A program made the position numbers and the translations under genes. From a virus (Duplodnaviria; Caudoviricetes), in the IMG/VR virus record IMGVR_UViG_3300033553_000052, positions 1,205 through 65,204 of that record: DNA of 64,000 nucleotides. One strand, written 5' to 3'. Of the stretch, positions 63,327 to 64,000 are shown piece by piece. Within the stretch, counting starts at the first letter, position 1. Every line of letters starts with the position of its first letter. Under the pieces are notes generated by a model that saw only the letters and a list, made by a program, of their open reading frames with translations, was not told the DNA's origin and did not search any database.

Positions 63327-64000
63327 CGTCGTGCTCTATGATCTTGTGGTCGATGGTCTTGGCCTCAATCTCCGCTACCTCGTTTACCGCACCCCTGTTT
63401 GCGATACCTTCGAGCACGCCACGAATCATATCCGGAGTAATGTCCTCACGCTTAACACCATGCGACTCTAGGGCACGAACGGCTGACCCCATAAGTTCTT
63501 GCGGCGTCTGCTGTGCAACGATGGCCGTGCCGCCGATCATGCCGAGGTTGACTGTCGTTCCACCTCCAGCCAGCTTCGGGTCAATGAGCTTGGCTACCTT
63601 TACGCCAGCGTCAAACAGATCCTTAAGGCGCTTGTCGGTTTCGAGAAAGCGCTCACCCGTCTTGTCTTCATGCTCGAGATCCTGCTTAACTCGCTTGGAT
63701 TGGATATTAGTAAGTTCGACAAGCCCGTCGATGATAAGGCTGGCATCGCGAGTTCCAAACAACTTACTAAGATCAGCTGACCCTGTACCTGCCACGCTAC
63801 ACACCGCCCCTTCCCTGTAGAACTTACATTTGTTTGACAACGAACAAGCGTTACAGATGATGCCGTCTTCTGGCCCCATCTTCATCCTACCGCCGACGGT
63901 TGTCTGTGTCAACCAGGATTCCCTAATACCTTCGTATTCGTACTGCCCGGCCTTTGTATCAAGGTCAATTCCCGAGGTTGCAACTAGGGAAAACTTTACA
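63316..64000 (-). CDS. Cys-cluster protein upstream of terminase (possible small terminase); 5'-truncated
   Basis: Frame is open to the window edge; CNACSLSNKCKFYREGAVC; overlaps terminase start. Confidence 0.6.
   Translation of the reverse strand, partial: VKFSLVATSGIDLDTKAGQYEYEGIRESWLTQTTVGGRMKMGPEDGIICNACSLSNKCKFYREGAVCSVAGTGSADLSKLFGTRDASLIIDGLVELTNIQSKRVKQDLEHEDKTGERFLETDKRLKDLFDAGVKVAKLIDPKLAGGGTTVNLGMIGGTAIVAQQTPQELMGSAVRALESHGVKREDITPDMIRGVLEGIANRGAVNEVAEIEAKTIDHKIIEHDDGR

Noticed and set aside
1-64000. Amber (TAG) stop-codon reassignment suggested by many TAG stops
   Set aside because: Conserved genes are full length under code 11, and TAG stops coincide with next-gene starts, promoters or terminators

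Overview
The window holds most of a tailed dsDNA siphovirus genome. An actinobacterial host is inferred from a WhiB factor, a DUF732-like lipoprotein and actinophage-type SSB, tail and lysis genes. The first and last ORFs are cut by the window edges. Plus strand 1-3221: AEP primase-polymerase and a zinc-finger/P-loop helicase. Minus strand 3622-5742: small genes. 5750-7020: a non-coding divergence region with origin-like features. 7020-9650: an array of promoter+RBS+small-gene cassettes that is strongly enriched in CTAG. 9650-35455 (+): early/middle genes, including an AAA+/VWA pair, tyrosine recombinase, SSB, SNF2 helicase, oligoribonuclease, beta clamp, RusA, DNA methyltransferase, WhiB and a Cas4-like nuclease. 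35504-64000 (-): virion and lysis genes, including an intein-containing terminase, portal, protease/scaffold, decoration protein, major capsid, tail tube, frameshifted tail chaperones, tape measure, minor tails, endolysin and four membrane proteins. The most unusual elements are absent from the ORF track. (1) Three long intergenic regions fold into extensive, strand-specific RNA structures (3280-3612 minus, 10480-10910 plus, 12260-12716 plus); two of them are pseudoknotted. (2) Three related non-canonical tRNA-like modules lie in the plus-strand RNA regions, one resembling a tmRNA tRNA-like domain. (3) A WhiB domain has no start codon and is reachable only through a canonical -1 slippery site with an upstream internal Shine-Dalgarno. 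(4) Several promoters are embedded in terminator-like hairpins. (5) A minor tail protein shows nested domain insertions. All structure and family calls were made by eye; no database search or folding program was run.
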